From Octopus sinensis (Eukaryota): a stretch of 64,000 nucleotides of DNA. Position numbers and translations under genes: made by a program. Of the stretch, positions 26,336-41,126 are shown piece after piece. The notes under the pieces were generated by a model, which was not told where the DNA came from, did not search any database, and saw nothing but the letters and a program-made list of their open reading frames with translations. Where the stretch lies: assembly GCF_006345805.1 (NCBI RefSeq), contig NC_042997.1, positions 40,486,001-40,550,000 on the forward strand, in the 5' to 3' direction. The stretch's first letter is position 1. The number at the start of each line of letters is the position of its first letter.

Positions 26336-26761
26336 TGCTCAAAACACATGTAGTGTCACTTTTATCACATTACCGATTATTTACTAGTCTGACACTTCTT
26401 TCGTAATTTCCATCAGGTGATTCGGCTTTCTGTCTGTTTCAGGTTGTATGGATATGCGCCCCAAATTCAAGATATGCATTACTCTTTTAGCCTAGGGGCG
26501 AATGATACAAATTTTATTTGCACTGTCTCTCATAATTCAGAGAAATTCGTCTGGCCTTGATTAGATTTGAGTTCCGTTAGTTTAACAGGTAGTGATCCGT
26601 CGGCGACTACTGCGAAAGCTAGTCATAAATAACTTAGAAGAACAACATACAGAAAATAGGTTAATGCATAATTTACGAGGTAATCCATTAACATTTTCTA
26701 CTGTTTTCTTGTTTACTCTTTCATCACTTCATGAATGTTTATAAATAATCTTAGGAATTGT

Positions 26762-27704
<943 letters not shown>

Positions 27705-27718
27705 TATTATTATTATTA

Positions 27719-27777
<59 letters not shown>

Positions 27778-27782
27778 TATTA

Positions 27783-27826
<44 letters not shown>

Positions 27827-27827
27827 T

Positions 27828-28383
27828 AGTGAGAGAGCAGTTCATGTCATCAAAGTGACACTGGGGTAAAATATACGAAGCCCAATATACCCATCATGAC
27901 TACCCGTCTGATAAAGGTACACCAGGCACATGCATCACAACCATATGTGCGCGACATGGTGATCTCATATCAAGATAAACAGCACATGACCTTGCAGGTG
28001 GGGCCCAGTTAGAATTTTCTTCAGGTTGAGTAGCCCATCCCGCTCAAAAGGTCCCTGAATAAGGGTTGTTTAAGGATGTTGAAAGAACCACCCATGTTTC
28101 CAGAGGTGAATTATTCAAACCCCAAAGAATCCCTCTCAACACATGGCTATGATGCTCCCCCACTACTTCTACTCGTGATCAGAGATGCACATATCGTCAG
28201 CCACTAAGGGACATGCTCAACTGGTTAAGGTCAAACAACTGACAAGCAAATCTGTGGTATTGAGCAGAATATTTGCTGTAGCCCATCTTTTATACCAAGG
28301 CAAAACAATGTACATGATAACACTTCCAATCAGTTAAGATCAGAAGCCATGAGAGCCACTGCCTGGTACTGCATCAGGGCATT
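27828..28383 (-). mobile_element. About 555-bp non-coding interspersed element embedded in (TAA)n
   Basis: Second copy at 53987-54543 (15 substitutions, no indels, by eye); partial copy at 42165-42262. Strand is inferred. Confidence 0.85.
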
Positions 28384-28429
28384 TATTATTATTATTATCA
28401 TTATTTCTTACTTTTAATCTACATTTTTG

Positions 28430-30440
28430 TTAGTGTTACTTGCCGAGAAACCCCCAGTGTCCTGGGCGAGTGAAGGATAAAAGCTGTTGCAGTATGACTG
28501 AAAGCTTAGGGAGGAGAAGTAGCGAAATATCTTCATGTAATACAACAGAGACATTTAAATGGATAGGGATTTTCTAAGGACGTGAGCAGTACTTGTCAGT
28601 ACAATCTTAAGGATTTCTTTGAGACATAGTTCTCCTGGGATCTTATCTGTTTCTGACATCCCTTTATCATACTTAGAGCACCTACAATAACAGGAACTGT
28701 TCTCATTTTAAGATTCCACATATTTTGTATTTCAATTTCCAAGTCATTATATTTACTTAATTTGTCAAATTCCTTGACAGATATATTTTTATTAGTGGGA
28801 ACACTTACATCTATAGGTATACAATTGTATTCTTCCCTGTCTTTAATAATTATGCCTGGTCGATTAGCCTGGATCGTCCCGTCAGTGTTGACTAGAAGAT
28901 TCCAGAGGATAGTGACATTTTTACCTTCAGCGACTGGCTCAGTGTGATGTTCATACCAGTAAGCAGGAGTGCTGATTTTGTAGTGTTACAATATTTTCCA
29001 ATGTAAATACTGCCCTACGCTATCGTGACGATTTTTGTATTCGTTTGGTGCCAACGGAGGGCATCTCGAGACCAGATGGTCCATTGTTTCGTCAAATGTG
29101 TCGCCGAATCTGCATTTAGTGTCAGAACCGTTTTGAAGAACGTTAGACTGGTAGTGCTTTGTGAGCAAGCTTTAATCTTGTGGTGCCCATATGAAACCTT
29201 TACTCTCTGCCTTCAGTCCTGAACATCTCAGCCACTGATGGGTTGTTGCTTGAACTACATCAGCATTTCGACTTCGAAGTATATACTGTCCAGGCAGCGG
29301 CTTCTGACACCACCGCTCCTCAATTTGTTTCTACCTGTTCTTTTTTGCCGTCTGCTCGATCCATTTTGTTTGTTTTGTGGTAGTGGTTTCAGGTTCTACA
29401 AATAATTCAGAATTTATGCAAAGTTCACTTGCGAATTTGCAAGCTTCTTTGACAGTAGAATGTGACCTTTTGCTGTTTTCGTGTTTGCACACAAGTCGTA
29501 GCATCCAATTCTCTGTATTGGATAAGTACCTGTTCATTGCTATTGTGCACCATTCCTCTTCCTTTTGCATATTCTTAGAAGTTAAAAGTTTTCTTGTGTT
29601 TCTGTCCAGGCGTTGAAGCTCTGTAAGATCTAGTTAATAATGTTAAAACTGTATTGGACTACTGAAAGTGCCAGGGTGTTAATGGCTTCGATATCTTGCA
29701 TTGTTGATAAAATTCGATTATTTTGTCGTACCTTCTAAGCCGTTGGGCTTTCAGTTGTATTCTTTGTTTCAGTTGTTGTTGCTTTTTATTGTTTAGGTTT
29801 AGTTGGGTTGTATAGAAAGCTTTCAAAACATAAACCTCTCTAGTTCATTTCATGCCTTTTGCTGTAGGTGATGTTGGTGGCGTCACTATAGCTCTTGCAT
29901 TAGGGTCATCCTGGATCTGGTTACCTAGTAGATCGTTTTTTAGAGAGTTTGGGCGGCCTCTACAACAATTTCACTTTGCCTACTCATTCGCTAATCTTCA
30001 CCTACATTATCGTCTTCGAGATCATCATCACTAGGGAGGCTTTTCTTGATTGTTTGAATCTGGGCCGCTTCATGAAAGTTACTCTTCCGAATTATTGTTT
30101 TTTGATTCATGAGTCTATTTTCAGTAATCTGGAACATACACAGGTGGTTACAAAGTTCTAATTATCTTTTTCTGTCAGCTTTACGTTTGCTATTGTTTTT
30201 CTCTAGGAAGGCTTGTTCGTGACACTTAATTGCCTTTTTGTTCATATCGACAGACCACTTGCGTTTGCGAGCACGTTGAATATTTTGACCGATGAGTCTG
30301 GTCTTCCAATTCATTGCCCTCTGAGGGTACCCTACCGGGTGCGGGATATCTTGGACATCCAGTGGGGTTCATACCGTTATTTGGGTTCGAATTAGATGTC
30401 ATCATTGCATTGAAAGAGAATGATTTTATACTACTTATTA
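28430..30440 (-). mobile_element. Internally deleted R4/Dong-type LINE (5' region, N-terminus, post-RT region, knuckle, REL; RT core missing)
   Basis: MTSNSNPNNG...; KQRIQLKAQRLRRYDKIIEFYQQ; ELQRLDRKTRKLLT; CRFGDTFDETMDHLVSRC; WYEHHTEPVAEGKNVTILW...ANRPGIIIKD...DVSVP...KYNDLEIEIQNMW. Confidence 0.88.
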
Positions 30441-30442
30441 TT

Positions 30443-30495
<53 letters not shown>

Positions 30496-30580
30496 GGTGG
30501 TGGTGGTGGTGGTGGTGGTGGTGGTGGTCGTGATGGTGGTAGTGGTGGTGGTAGTAGTTGTTGTTGCTGTTGCTTTTGTT
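30440..30580. repeat. (TAG)n(TGG)n microsatellite
   Basis: Direct reading. Confidence 0.97.
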
Positions 30581-30759
30581 ATGTTTCGGCGTTCTTGCAT
30601 TTATTACGTGCTTTTATTGAACAAAGGTGTATGGTTGTTTGACGGTACTGTCTATTGCATAGCTATACAGATACATTCTTTTCAATTGATGGATCATTAT
30701 TCTAGTATAATTTCCTGTCAATGAAATATCCCAACTCTGTCTCTACAGCATATGTATTC

Positions 30760-32100
30760 TCTTTTTGCCATGATAGGAAAGTGAAAAACAATCTGCTTAT
30801 TTTCCCCTAACCTGTACACATTCTTGCATACTGTTTCATATATACATTCTTACGCATACATGTTGTATTGTATCTCATATCCTTTTTTTAAAAAGATTCT
30901 TAAGAGCTTTCAATCATTTCCTTTTTACCTAGTACTGGGATTTGTCTATCTTCCTTTTGTTCATTCATTCCAGATATTAGTAATATACGGTCTTTACATG
31001 ATATTCCACATATCCATTTCAAAATAACTTTTAGATTTTTTTCATGATTTCTATTGCTGCTTCTCTTTTTTGCACCAATTGTCCGTTACCTTAGTTCCGT
31101 CTTATATATGTTGACTTCCTTGAAGGAAAAAACCAAAAACAGTTAAGTTTTTGTATGTTCGTGTTTCGTAGCATTTTGTATTAGTTTCTTATAACTAGAT
31201 GTTTTTGTAGTCCTGCAGTGAGTATTTTATAAGAATTATTTTGGTCTCAGAAGACAGTACCTTCCTATATTCGGGATAAACCTAATCTTCTTTATCACAT
31301 TTTAGATGGTGCATTTCAAATGCAGTCATTATTTTATGGATATCCTGTCTCGACTGATTAATTCGTTTGGCGTCTAGTTGCGAGTAGGATAACTAATTTA
31401 TTACTGGGAAAGCTATGAGCTTTCGTGTCTATTACGTATTGTTTTATATTTAGTAATGTGTAAATAATATGCCTGTAGTATTCTGTCTCGGTCTGTCTTT
31501 TTAGCGTATGAGCGTGTACTGTAATCTACAGTTCATAAATTAATGAGTTTTGTAGATTTATGTCAGTCTAATTCAAATATATCTGTTTATATTTAACATA
31601 AGCGTAGTCATTTTGTTATTTAATTTTCTTCTATCAAAGGTTGCCTTAGCTCATTTTCAACCGGAATTTCACACCAGTTACTCAAATACATCCGTATACT
31701 ATCTACTGGAGTGTTTCTATTTGTTTTTCAACTGAAGCATACTACATGAAGTCATTCGTATGAAACAGACGGTCGATTATCTTCCAATACCATATATATT
31801 CGAGACTATGGAAAAGTTTTAACAATTCTTTTCTTTATCTAATTTGTCATAGTCTTTTGGCATCAATTCATTAATTCTATTTTATAGGTTATTTTCATTG
31901 TACTTCCATGCGTTGCTCTGTGCACCTTGGATACATTCTTTCACTTGTATTAAAAGTTCATTATGTGATGTGCGAGGTGCCTGATACTGTTATTTTCTAG
32001 ACGAAGAGTGTATTTATAAGAATCAAGAGCGTTATATTTATGTATATGTTTACCCTCGCAAGTCAGTTTTGTGCTATTCCTAAAAGTTCTTGCAATGTGT
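30760..32100 (-). mobile_element. Decayed RTE-type LINE RT and C-terminal region
   Basis: Minus fragments KDYDKLDKE, EIPVENELRQ and LKWICGISCKDRI resemble RTE motifs; many stops. Confidence 0.5.
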
Positions 32101-32237
32101 CCGTGTAACATCTTATTCCTCATCCTTGTAGCAAATAAAATTAGCAGTATAGTATCGTTATTATCATTATCATTATTATAAATCTTGTATTATTGTTGTT
32201 GTTGTTGTTGTTGTTATTGTTATTATTATTATTATTA

Positions 32238-32288
<51 letters not shown>

Positions 32289-34276
32289 CATCATTATTAT
32301 TATTATCCTCATTATCATCCAGTTCAGGATGCACGTGCTGCGTTTCAAACTTATTGCAGCTCTAATGCAGTATATTCGCTTATAAGTATCTTCTTTATGG
32401 TTATTATTTTCAGCAGAATTTGGACACATACAGCGGTACAAACGCTATTTTATGGACTTCACCCGAGGAATGTGTGTCAGACATTTATTTCTACTATAAT
32501 GGTTAGTTAAATTATTAGTGTAGTGATCTGTGTAGACCTATCCATGTTAATAAAGGAGGTAATTACCAGAGGTTGAATGAACTCCTTGGAGTACATATTA
32601 GTGTGAATTTTATTGTTAGAACAATTTATATCTTATGTAATTAAGGTAATTGGTGCTAAGAATTGCACTTAGTGGTGTAATTTATGACAGTAATTATGCA
32701 GCGGTAAGAATATAGTTTATCTGATAATTGCACGCATAATATTTATGTACACATAAGTACTTTCAAAAGGCTAACAAATATAATTTCTGCACGCGTAATT
32801 GCAACATTTTGTTAGGTAATCAAATGTTAGCGTGAATATATAGAGGTAACATGGAGTAGATGTTCATTCAGACACAAGTGTATTGAACAGTTCCTTAAGA
32901 TAGGGGCAAAATATGCACGACTACAAGAATATTTTAGAGTTTTCTATCAAGTATTTCTTTGTAGTAGATTTGTCTTTTACTACATATATATCTTAAAGTA
33001 GTTTTCTTTTAATTTAACGCTTCGAGCGGGATTTATTGATTTTTAAAATCGACTGTTCCATATATTTTTGGGGGCCTTAGAACTGTCAATGTAAAATGGC
33101 TTCCATATCGAAGTGACAGTTGATCGCACTTGCCTCGTGTGGAGTCGGAATAAGCGCTCTGGGAATATTTTCTTTATGAAAAGGGCTTGTATTGTTTCCT
33201 TACGTTTAACTATCTCAAATTTTAATTATAATTTGTCACATAAACTTTTGCGCTTAATTTCAAGTGTATACAGGCGCCCTCCTTTTGGTTAGACCTTGTA
33301 CGTTATTTAACAATACTTGTAAACATTTATCCAGCATAAATTATTTTAATGCATTAACATGTGCATAACATTTCAAATTATATGATTTTATCAGTAAACA
33401 CGTCAGTTCATACTCTAATGGATCGTAGATTTTCTTTCTAGAACGTCCTATTTTATATATGGCTGGCACTGTCGTTTTCTCCTTTCTAGTTGCATTGCAG
33501 TTGAGTTTTGTAATATTCATTCAAAGTTTTGCAATAGACATGGGCGTTTCTCTGTGTAAAAGATTCTTCTGCGCTCCCACATATGTGCATATAATAAAGA
33601 AGTAAATGAAGGAGAAATGTTTTGTTCTTTTTATCTTTTCTCTCTCTCTATATATATATAAGGGTGGGGAGAAACGTGCACTCTTTCATATAGGAATGTG
33701 TGTGTGTGTGAACATTTGCTTCAACATAGTGCATTGCTATCGTATGCACTTTGTGGAGACGATCTAATGTTAATATCATCAATCTAAAATTATGATCTGA
33801 CAAAAAGTGAAAAATATTTTAAAAACTCTCTTTCAAACAACCATGGTATAAGCTATATAATTTTTTTTTTTATAGAAACCGAAACAGGAATAAGCTATAA
33901 CATGAAACGCACATATACACGACAATTCTAATGATGATCATTCGATTGGATGGCCGAGATTCGTAATTGTGTGAAATTAGCTCCAAGGCATATTTCAAAG
34001 TACAATTGTCTCTGTTGTACTATTTTCAGGAAGGGACTTTTCATTACAGATTATATTACATTTTTCATTAAACGCAATTATCAGCTCTTTTCCATCAAGG
34101 TCGAAGACTAGGGAAAAAATGATAATAATAAAACATGGAAACATATCAGAAATGAGTTGTTTGCATGTTCTAGGGAACTACAGGGATTCAATCAGCGCAA
34201 CTATCATGATCGATCGACAATAATTACCCTTACATTCATCCTCATCAATGTACATTTACGTATACATATATATATA

Positions 34277-34356
<80 letters not shown>

Positions 34357-34947
34357 TATACACACACACATATATATATATATATATAATATTAAATGTA
34401 TGTGTATGTATGTTGTAATTATGTATGTATATGTGTGTGTATGCTTGCATGTATGTATGTATTAAGAAATGAATATTTCCTTCCGAATAGCTGAGGGATG
34501 GAGCCTCAAACACAAAACCAATTGTTGCGTTTTTAGTCTTTTCAGGACGAAGAGGGTCGGTAGGCTATGATGTTATTTTCCTTCTGTCATTGTTGACACA
34601 TTTAGTCTTTGCCTCTTCGTAGAATCTCACAATTTTACCTTCCGCTAGACTCTTTGGCTTCCTAAGTTGTCGATCCCAAACCACTCATGCAGTGTTGACG
34701 TGAAGAAAGTAGTGCTTTCTTCTTAGAGATATACTCTAAGCTATGGTGTTCCTCACGCACACTTGTCTTACAGCACGTAAGACACTAGTCTTGAATGTTT
34801 AATTCCCTACAGATTATTGTTACAGCGTCAATCATCTGCGAGAGTGGGTAAAAATAATCCAACGTGTCTGTCTTAGAAATATAGAAATTCAATACCTTGG
34901 TCGGGAAAAGGCTGGTTTTCCGCTCAGCACATACAACATTTCAACGT

Positions 34948-34995
<48 letters not shown>

Positions 34996-35104
34996 GTGTG
35001 TGTGTGTGTGTGTGTGTGCGTGCGTGCGTATGTATATATGTGTGTGTATATATATATATACATATATAAACATGCATATATATGTAAATATATGTATATA
35101 TATG

Positions 35105-35135
<31 letters not shown>

Positions 35136-35409
35136 CTATATATATACATATATATATAGAGAGAGAGAGGGGGAGGGAGAGAGCGAAAGAGTGAGACAGA
35201 TCTTAACGTACTTTTCTTTTAATTTAACGCTTCGTGTGGCCTTTATTGATTTTTAAAATCGACTGTGTCATACATTTCTTGGGCCGTAGAACTGCCAATG
35301 TAAAATTGTTTTCATATTGAAGCGGCGGTTTATCGCACTAGACTAAGTGTTGAGTCGGAACGAATGCTTTGGGAAAGATGTAAATGAAACTTGCAACTAT
35401 AAGTTTAAA

Positions 35410-35735
35410 CTTAATTGTGAATTCAATATTTTACGTAAGAAAGATAACTTAGTCTACCAATGTACAGTTGAATCTCAAGGGAAGAAATTCTATGATATAA
35501 GATCAACAGAAAACAGAATTAAGATTAGGGTTGCTAACCGTTTGCAGAGCTATAAAAATAGGCAAAAAAGAATTCTACCGGATTAAGCAAGTTGTATTGG
35601 GCATTAACGGATAAACTTTGCAGAAGATATGAGTTGTGTACTGAAGAAACGTATAAAATCCTTATATCTAGAAAAAATTTACTTAATTAAAAAAAAAAAC
35701 CTTGTTTTCGTTCAGCGAAGGAGACATGTTACCTA
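35410..35735 (+). mobile_element. Penelope-like element GIY-YIG endonuclease remnant
   Basis: KDNLVYQCTVESQGKKFYDIRSTENRIKIRV and ELCTEETYKIL...NLLN resemble the PLE GIY-YIG C-terminal domain. Confidence 0.7.
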
Positions 35736-36469
35736 TTGATATAATAGACTAGCGTCACTGAAAACCTTTGTAACTATATCTATAAACACTCATTGAGACA
35801 ACTGTTATTGGTTACACCACTTATGATACATAATATATTCGACTTTATTACCTTAAATTAACAATTAAAATTTTAACAATATCCTAAGCAATAATTACTA
35901 ATAATTAATAACTAATTTACTGAGATTAACTTAATCAGAACACAGGAAGAAACAAGGAGAGAAACAAGGAGAGAGAAAAAATGTGTCTAGTGGCTACCGA
36001 TCTATCATATATATACATACATACATATTGTGTATTTTACACAAACATTCGCAGAAATTAGCAGATCACTCCAGTTTGTGTTGAATGTCATTTATCCAGA
36101 TGACTTAGATTATTTTTTGAAATACAGATCGTATATTTTCAAAGCAGCTTGTTACTCAAGTTAAAATTACTATAGAACAAGATTTTCTTTATTCTACCAA
36201 AGAAGACAGTGGTATGTTAACTTTTAACAGCATTAACTGGTTGGCAAAGATGCTTCATAATTTCAGGAAGTTGTATTGTATATCTAAAACGCTAGATGTT
36301 ATTCATATATGAGTGACTTATTTTATATAAGAATTCCCTTTTTCATTCAATTATCCTTTGTCGGAAGGCTATTGTTTACTACTTTCCTCCAGTTTCCCTT
36401 TCATCCTCTCTGACTTTATGATTTATATTTAAGAAACATACTAAAACAGTAAAAAGGAATCATTATGTA

Positions 36470-36869
36470 GGCGTAGGAGTGGCTGTGTGGTAAGTAGCTT
36501 GCTTACCAAACACATGGTTCCGGGTTCAGTCCCACTACGTGGCACTTTAAGCAAGTGTCTTCTACTATAGCCTCGGGCCGACCAAAGCCTTGTGAGTGGA
36601 TTTGGTAGACGGCAACTGAAAGAAGCCCATCGTATATATGTATATATATATATATGTATGTGTGTGTGTGCATATGTTTGTGTATCTGTGATTGTCCCCC
36701 CAACATCGCTTGACAACAGATGCTGGTGTGTTTATGTCCCCGTTACTTAGCGGTTCAGAATAAGTACTAGGCTTACAAAGAATAAGTCCTGGGATCGATT
36801 TGCTCGACTAAAGGCAGTGCTCCAGCATGACCACAGTCAAATGACTGAAACAAGTAAAAGAGTAAAAGA
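36470..36869 (+). mobile_element. SINE family A, full length
   Basis: Same structure as 7588-7993. Confidence 0.95.
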
Positions 36870-36881
36870 TATATATATGTG

Positions 36882-36921
<40 letters not shown>

Positions 36922-38360
36922 TGAGTGTAATCAAATTTACGCACGCAGTCGCATGTACATGCACCCAGACACACTCACACATATACACTCAGAAAAACAA
37001 TAACAAAATTAAAAAAAAACTTATTCTAAATAATGGAAACTAAACGTGATCCCATAACACGTTTAAACAATCAAATTAGATTAAAGAGAAATTCGAAAGA
37101 AAGTTTTATTAAAACCTCCACGTTTTTCTGATTTTCTGTTATGATAAAATAGCTATGCAATGACCGACGAAACATACTTAAATCAGAAAATATTGTCAGC
37201 AACTAAGTATATTCTTGAATCATTCAGAAAACCTTTATTAATAACTATCATCAATATCCGGCTTTGTTGATTTATTAATAGCAAAAACAAATATTATACA
37301 AACATGTGAAATCACTATATTTTGGATATATTGTTGTCAAAAGATGTTGGCAATTTCCAATTGTTTTAAGAATGTTTGATTCTCTCAGAATTGTTGCATT
37401 CCAGCAATACAGAAGATATTTCATACTGAGCTTCCTAAAAATGCGTAAAAGAATAAAAAAGCAATTATAGAACCTAATTTGTATGTTTGGTACATATTTT
37501 ATTTTGCGAAGAAACATGCTTTTCACATCATTTCTCTAAATTAATTATTTTTCTAATCAGTTACTTTTCCAATATCTTTCGCTGTTCTCGGGTGTATATA
37601 ATATTCTTAATTTTTTTTAATTCAGATCAAAATTTCAGAAAATAGTCACGCAGCCAATGAATTGTCCATGTATGGATACACAAAATTTCAGCTATGTGAA
37701 AAACTTTCGACTACAACGTTTTCAGAAATAATATATCTAGTACAAACATTATTTAAATGTTGTTCTTTTTCTTAGGTATTTGGTTTTGGAATATACAGGT
37801 TGCTCTCCATTGCTTCTTCTTAAACTGAGAAAATATTCTCAGATATTTGATACACATATTCACACACACTCACACACACACTCACACACACACATACACA
37901 CACACACACACATACACACACACACATTTCTGAAAGTGCAAAACAAAACTAGAATTCCTTTTTATCTGACTAACCTATAATTATCCAGTTATCTCAGCGC
38001 TCATCTGCAGCATTTCTTAATATTTGAGATGAAATTTCTAGTTAAGGTACCTGTATCAAATAGAAATAAATTTCACCACCACGACTGTGCGGCTGAAATT
38101 GATTTTATCAATTTTCTGCTGATCAGTAAAACTTAGTAAATTTAACACATCTAAATTAATGATCCAAAGGACAGAACAAAACTATAATTTCTCAGTTTAA
38201 GTATCTTAGTAATGAAGTTCACTTTCATTTTCCTCTGCTGAGGAAATGCTGTTATATTTCGAAAGTAAGATAGAAAACTAGTTCATTATCGCTTGTCCAT
38301 TTTGGAGACTACATTTAAGGGAAGTGGTCAGTGCAGTTTTACTAGTCTACTGTGGCTTAC

Positions 38361-38387
38361 CTTTCCGATGTATAATGATCATACCTC
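38361..38387 (-). CDS. Candidate 27-nt micro-exon (RYDHYTSE, or GMIIIHRK in the other open frame)
   Basis: Acceptor AATTTATATTTTTAAG, donor AAG|GTAAGC; frame-preserving length. Confidence 0.35.
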
Positions 38388-38689
38388 CTTAAAAATATAA
38401 ATTTGCTTAACCAATTTAACTTTATGATATTTTAAATACCTAAGTAGCATCGGTTGTTGAGAAGTGAATGTTTTTGCATCAGAAACTACGTTTAATGTGC
38501 CACATGTGAAACGACCATGCGTTTAGTTGATTGTTTAACACTTATTTGACTGGGCCATCAGCCTTTCACTATATTTTAATGAATTTTGTTTAGTTAATAC
38601 TTTCATTTATTCGTTAATGTACTGAAAATTGAGTACTACTAACATTTACAAAATGAGTTGGTATATACAAACTTAAAAATTCAGGTAAG

Positions 38690-39081
38690 ATCCTCCTCCT
38701 CCTCCTCCTTCTTCTTCTTCTTCTTCTTCTTCTTCTTCTCCTTCTTCTTCTTCTTCTCCTCCTCCTTCTTCTTCTTCTCCTCCTCCTTCTTCTTCTTCTT
38801 CTTCATCATCATCATCATCGTCATCTTCTTCTTCCTTTTCTTCTTCTTCTCCTTTTTTTCTTCTTCTTCTTCTTCTTCTTCTCCTCCTCCTTCTTCTTCT
38901 TCATCATCATCATCATCATCTTCTTCTTCTTCCTTTTCTTCTTCTTCTTCTTCTTCTCCTCCTCCTTCTTCTTCTCTCCTCCTCCTTCTTCTTCTTCTTC
39001 TTCTTCATCATCATCATCATCATCATCTTCTTCTTCTTCCTTTTCTTCTTCTTCTCCTTCTTTTTCTTCTTCTTCTTATAA

Positions 39082-39112
<31 letters not shown>

Positions 39113-39175
39113 TATTATTAATATTATTCATCTTCTCCTCCTCCTTCTCTCTCTCTCTCTCTCTCGCTCTCTCTT
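38690..39175. repeat. Polypyrimidine compound microsatellite (TCC)/(TTC)/(ATC)/(ATT)/(TC)
   Basis: Direct reading. Confidence 0.97.
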
Positions 39176-40277
39176 CCCCTTTCTGAGAGAAATTGGCTGT
39201 GGTCAGATCTGGACAGGGTGAGCTCCGACAGATTTAGACTTCCATGACACTTCCATAACGCCGTGAGAATTTGAAGGTCCGAAACATGACAAAAGAAGCT
39301 CAAGTAAACTAAATCACAAATAAAATCTTACCAAAATACACACTTCAATGTGTGAACTCAGACTTCGCATTTTAGCTATTCAGGGTATTACGATGCTACA
39401 CACATATTTGATCACGATTAACACAACTCTAATCCGATTTCTAGAATAATTTATTTATGTTCAGTTTGACACGCAAGACATGTTCCCGCAGCAAGCTAAG
39501 ACAACTACAAAGTTAGACAGCCGCCTAATGCCAATGTGAAAGGTAATAACGTCACGCAATGATGTCCCTTATCCAATAAATTTACGATGCAGCTTTGAAA
39601 GAAACTATTCAACACAGAAGAAAATTACTGGACCTCAGAGAGCTGGGGGCGAGTCGAGATTGTAATGTCAATTCAAAATTGAAGTCATTAAATTTCATTT
39701 ACAATGGAAATTCCCTTGTGTGTCACAATATTCTCTTCTTCCAAGTAGCAAAATGCCTTTCATCAACTCCAAAGAAACTCTGAAGAAATTTATCAGTGTT
39801 GACACATTTAAAATTTAAATTAAAATCATCTGTTTTACGTTCAAGACGCTGGAAGTCCAGTGAAAACTAAAAGAAGAGTAATGATTTCTTTTGACTAAAT
39901 AGGGGGCTAATATTATTGTTGATTAGTCCCATGTTAGCTTTGTGACAGCCTCAACGAATATGGCAGGCCCCTTTCAGGATAAGAAAACTTGCTTCGTTCT
40001 TTCTTTTTATTTTGAGAGACAGAGATAGATCAGGTTTTTCTTCCATCGTTCCTGTATGTAATCGTCAGGCAGAATGACGCTATTCTGTGGAACACATCTC
40101 TCTCACAGTGTCTCTTCGAAATCAGATTCAGATACAATTATTCTGGGTTATTTAGTACACTGCCCAAGTTGCTGTTGCCATGTGAAATAGCAGAAAAATG
40201 TTCATTAGGGTGTGCTTGTATATGTCAGTATTATTGTTGTCAATGAAAATATTTTCACTCGACGTATTCAAACCAGC

Positions 40278-40314
40278 ATTATTATTATTAGTATCATCAT
40301 CATCATCATCATCA

Positions 40315-40353
<39 letters not shown>

Positions 40354-40409
40354 TATTATTATTGTTCTTGTTGTTGTTGTTGTTGTTATTATTATTATTA
40401 TTATTATTA

Positions 40410-40468
<59 letters not shown>

Positions 40469-40470
40469 TT
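40278..40470. repeat. (ATC)n(GTT)n(ATT)n microsatellite
   Basis: Direct reading. Confidence 0.97.
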
Positions 40471-40799
40471 GCAGTTATAATATTAGTTTTCTTTTAGTTC
40501 GTACGTTCAGGATAGATATCTTGTCCCGCAAATAATTGACTGTTGTTATTCTCTATTTGTTAATTGTGTTATTTTGCTCACCAACAATTTTAATTTTGGT
40601 TTGGAATTTTTGCAGCAATTTTTGAGTGTAGATAACACTAAGAAGAAACAAAATTTTCCTCACAAACAAAGACTTATTTTCCTATATCTAAACACTGCTT
40701 GGTGAAACTTTCGCGAGTAAGTTCATTAAAACTCTATTGCATGCTCTAAAATTCCTTCACTTCTACAAGTGACATGAACAGACACCAAGTACAGCAGTA

Positions 40800-40855
<56 letters not shown>

Positions 40856-41034
40856 CTCTATGTAATCCCAAGGTTTAAAACAAACTTTTTTGTTTATTTA
40901 TTTTAATTTTTTTTATTTATTTATTTATTTATTTTTTTATTTTTTTATTTTTTTAAAATTTATTTATTTATTTTTTATTTTTATGTATTAGACATTCACT
41001 AGTACAACACCAAAAAAAAAAAAAACCCCAAATA

Positions 41035-41126
41035 TATGGCACAGAACTTCCAACCTGTTGTCTCTTGAGGTCTCTGGGTGAGACTTGGAGCCAACTTGTA
41101 CAGACATAAAGCAAAAGTCAAACATA

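Noticed and set aside
28310-28383. Possible HDV-like ribozyme at the 5' end of the 555-bp element
   Set aside because: P2- and P3-like pairings can be drawn, but P1 needs a bulge and there is no room for P1.1 or P4.
34490-34520. CTGAGGGATGGAGCCTCAAACAC, a hammerhead-like look-alike
   Set aside because: Both core segments are mutated and no stems support it.
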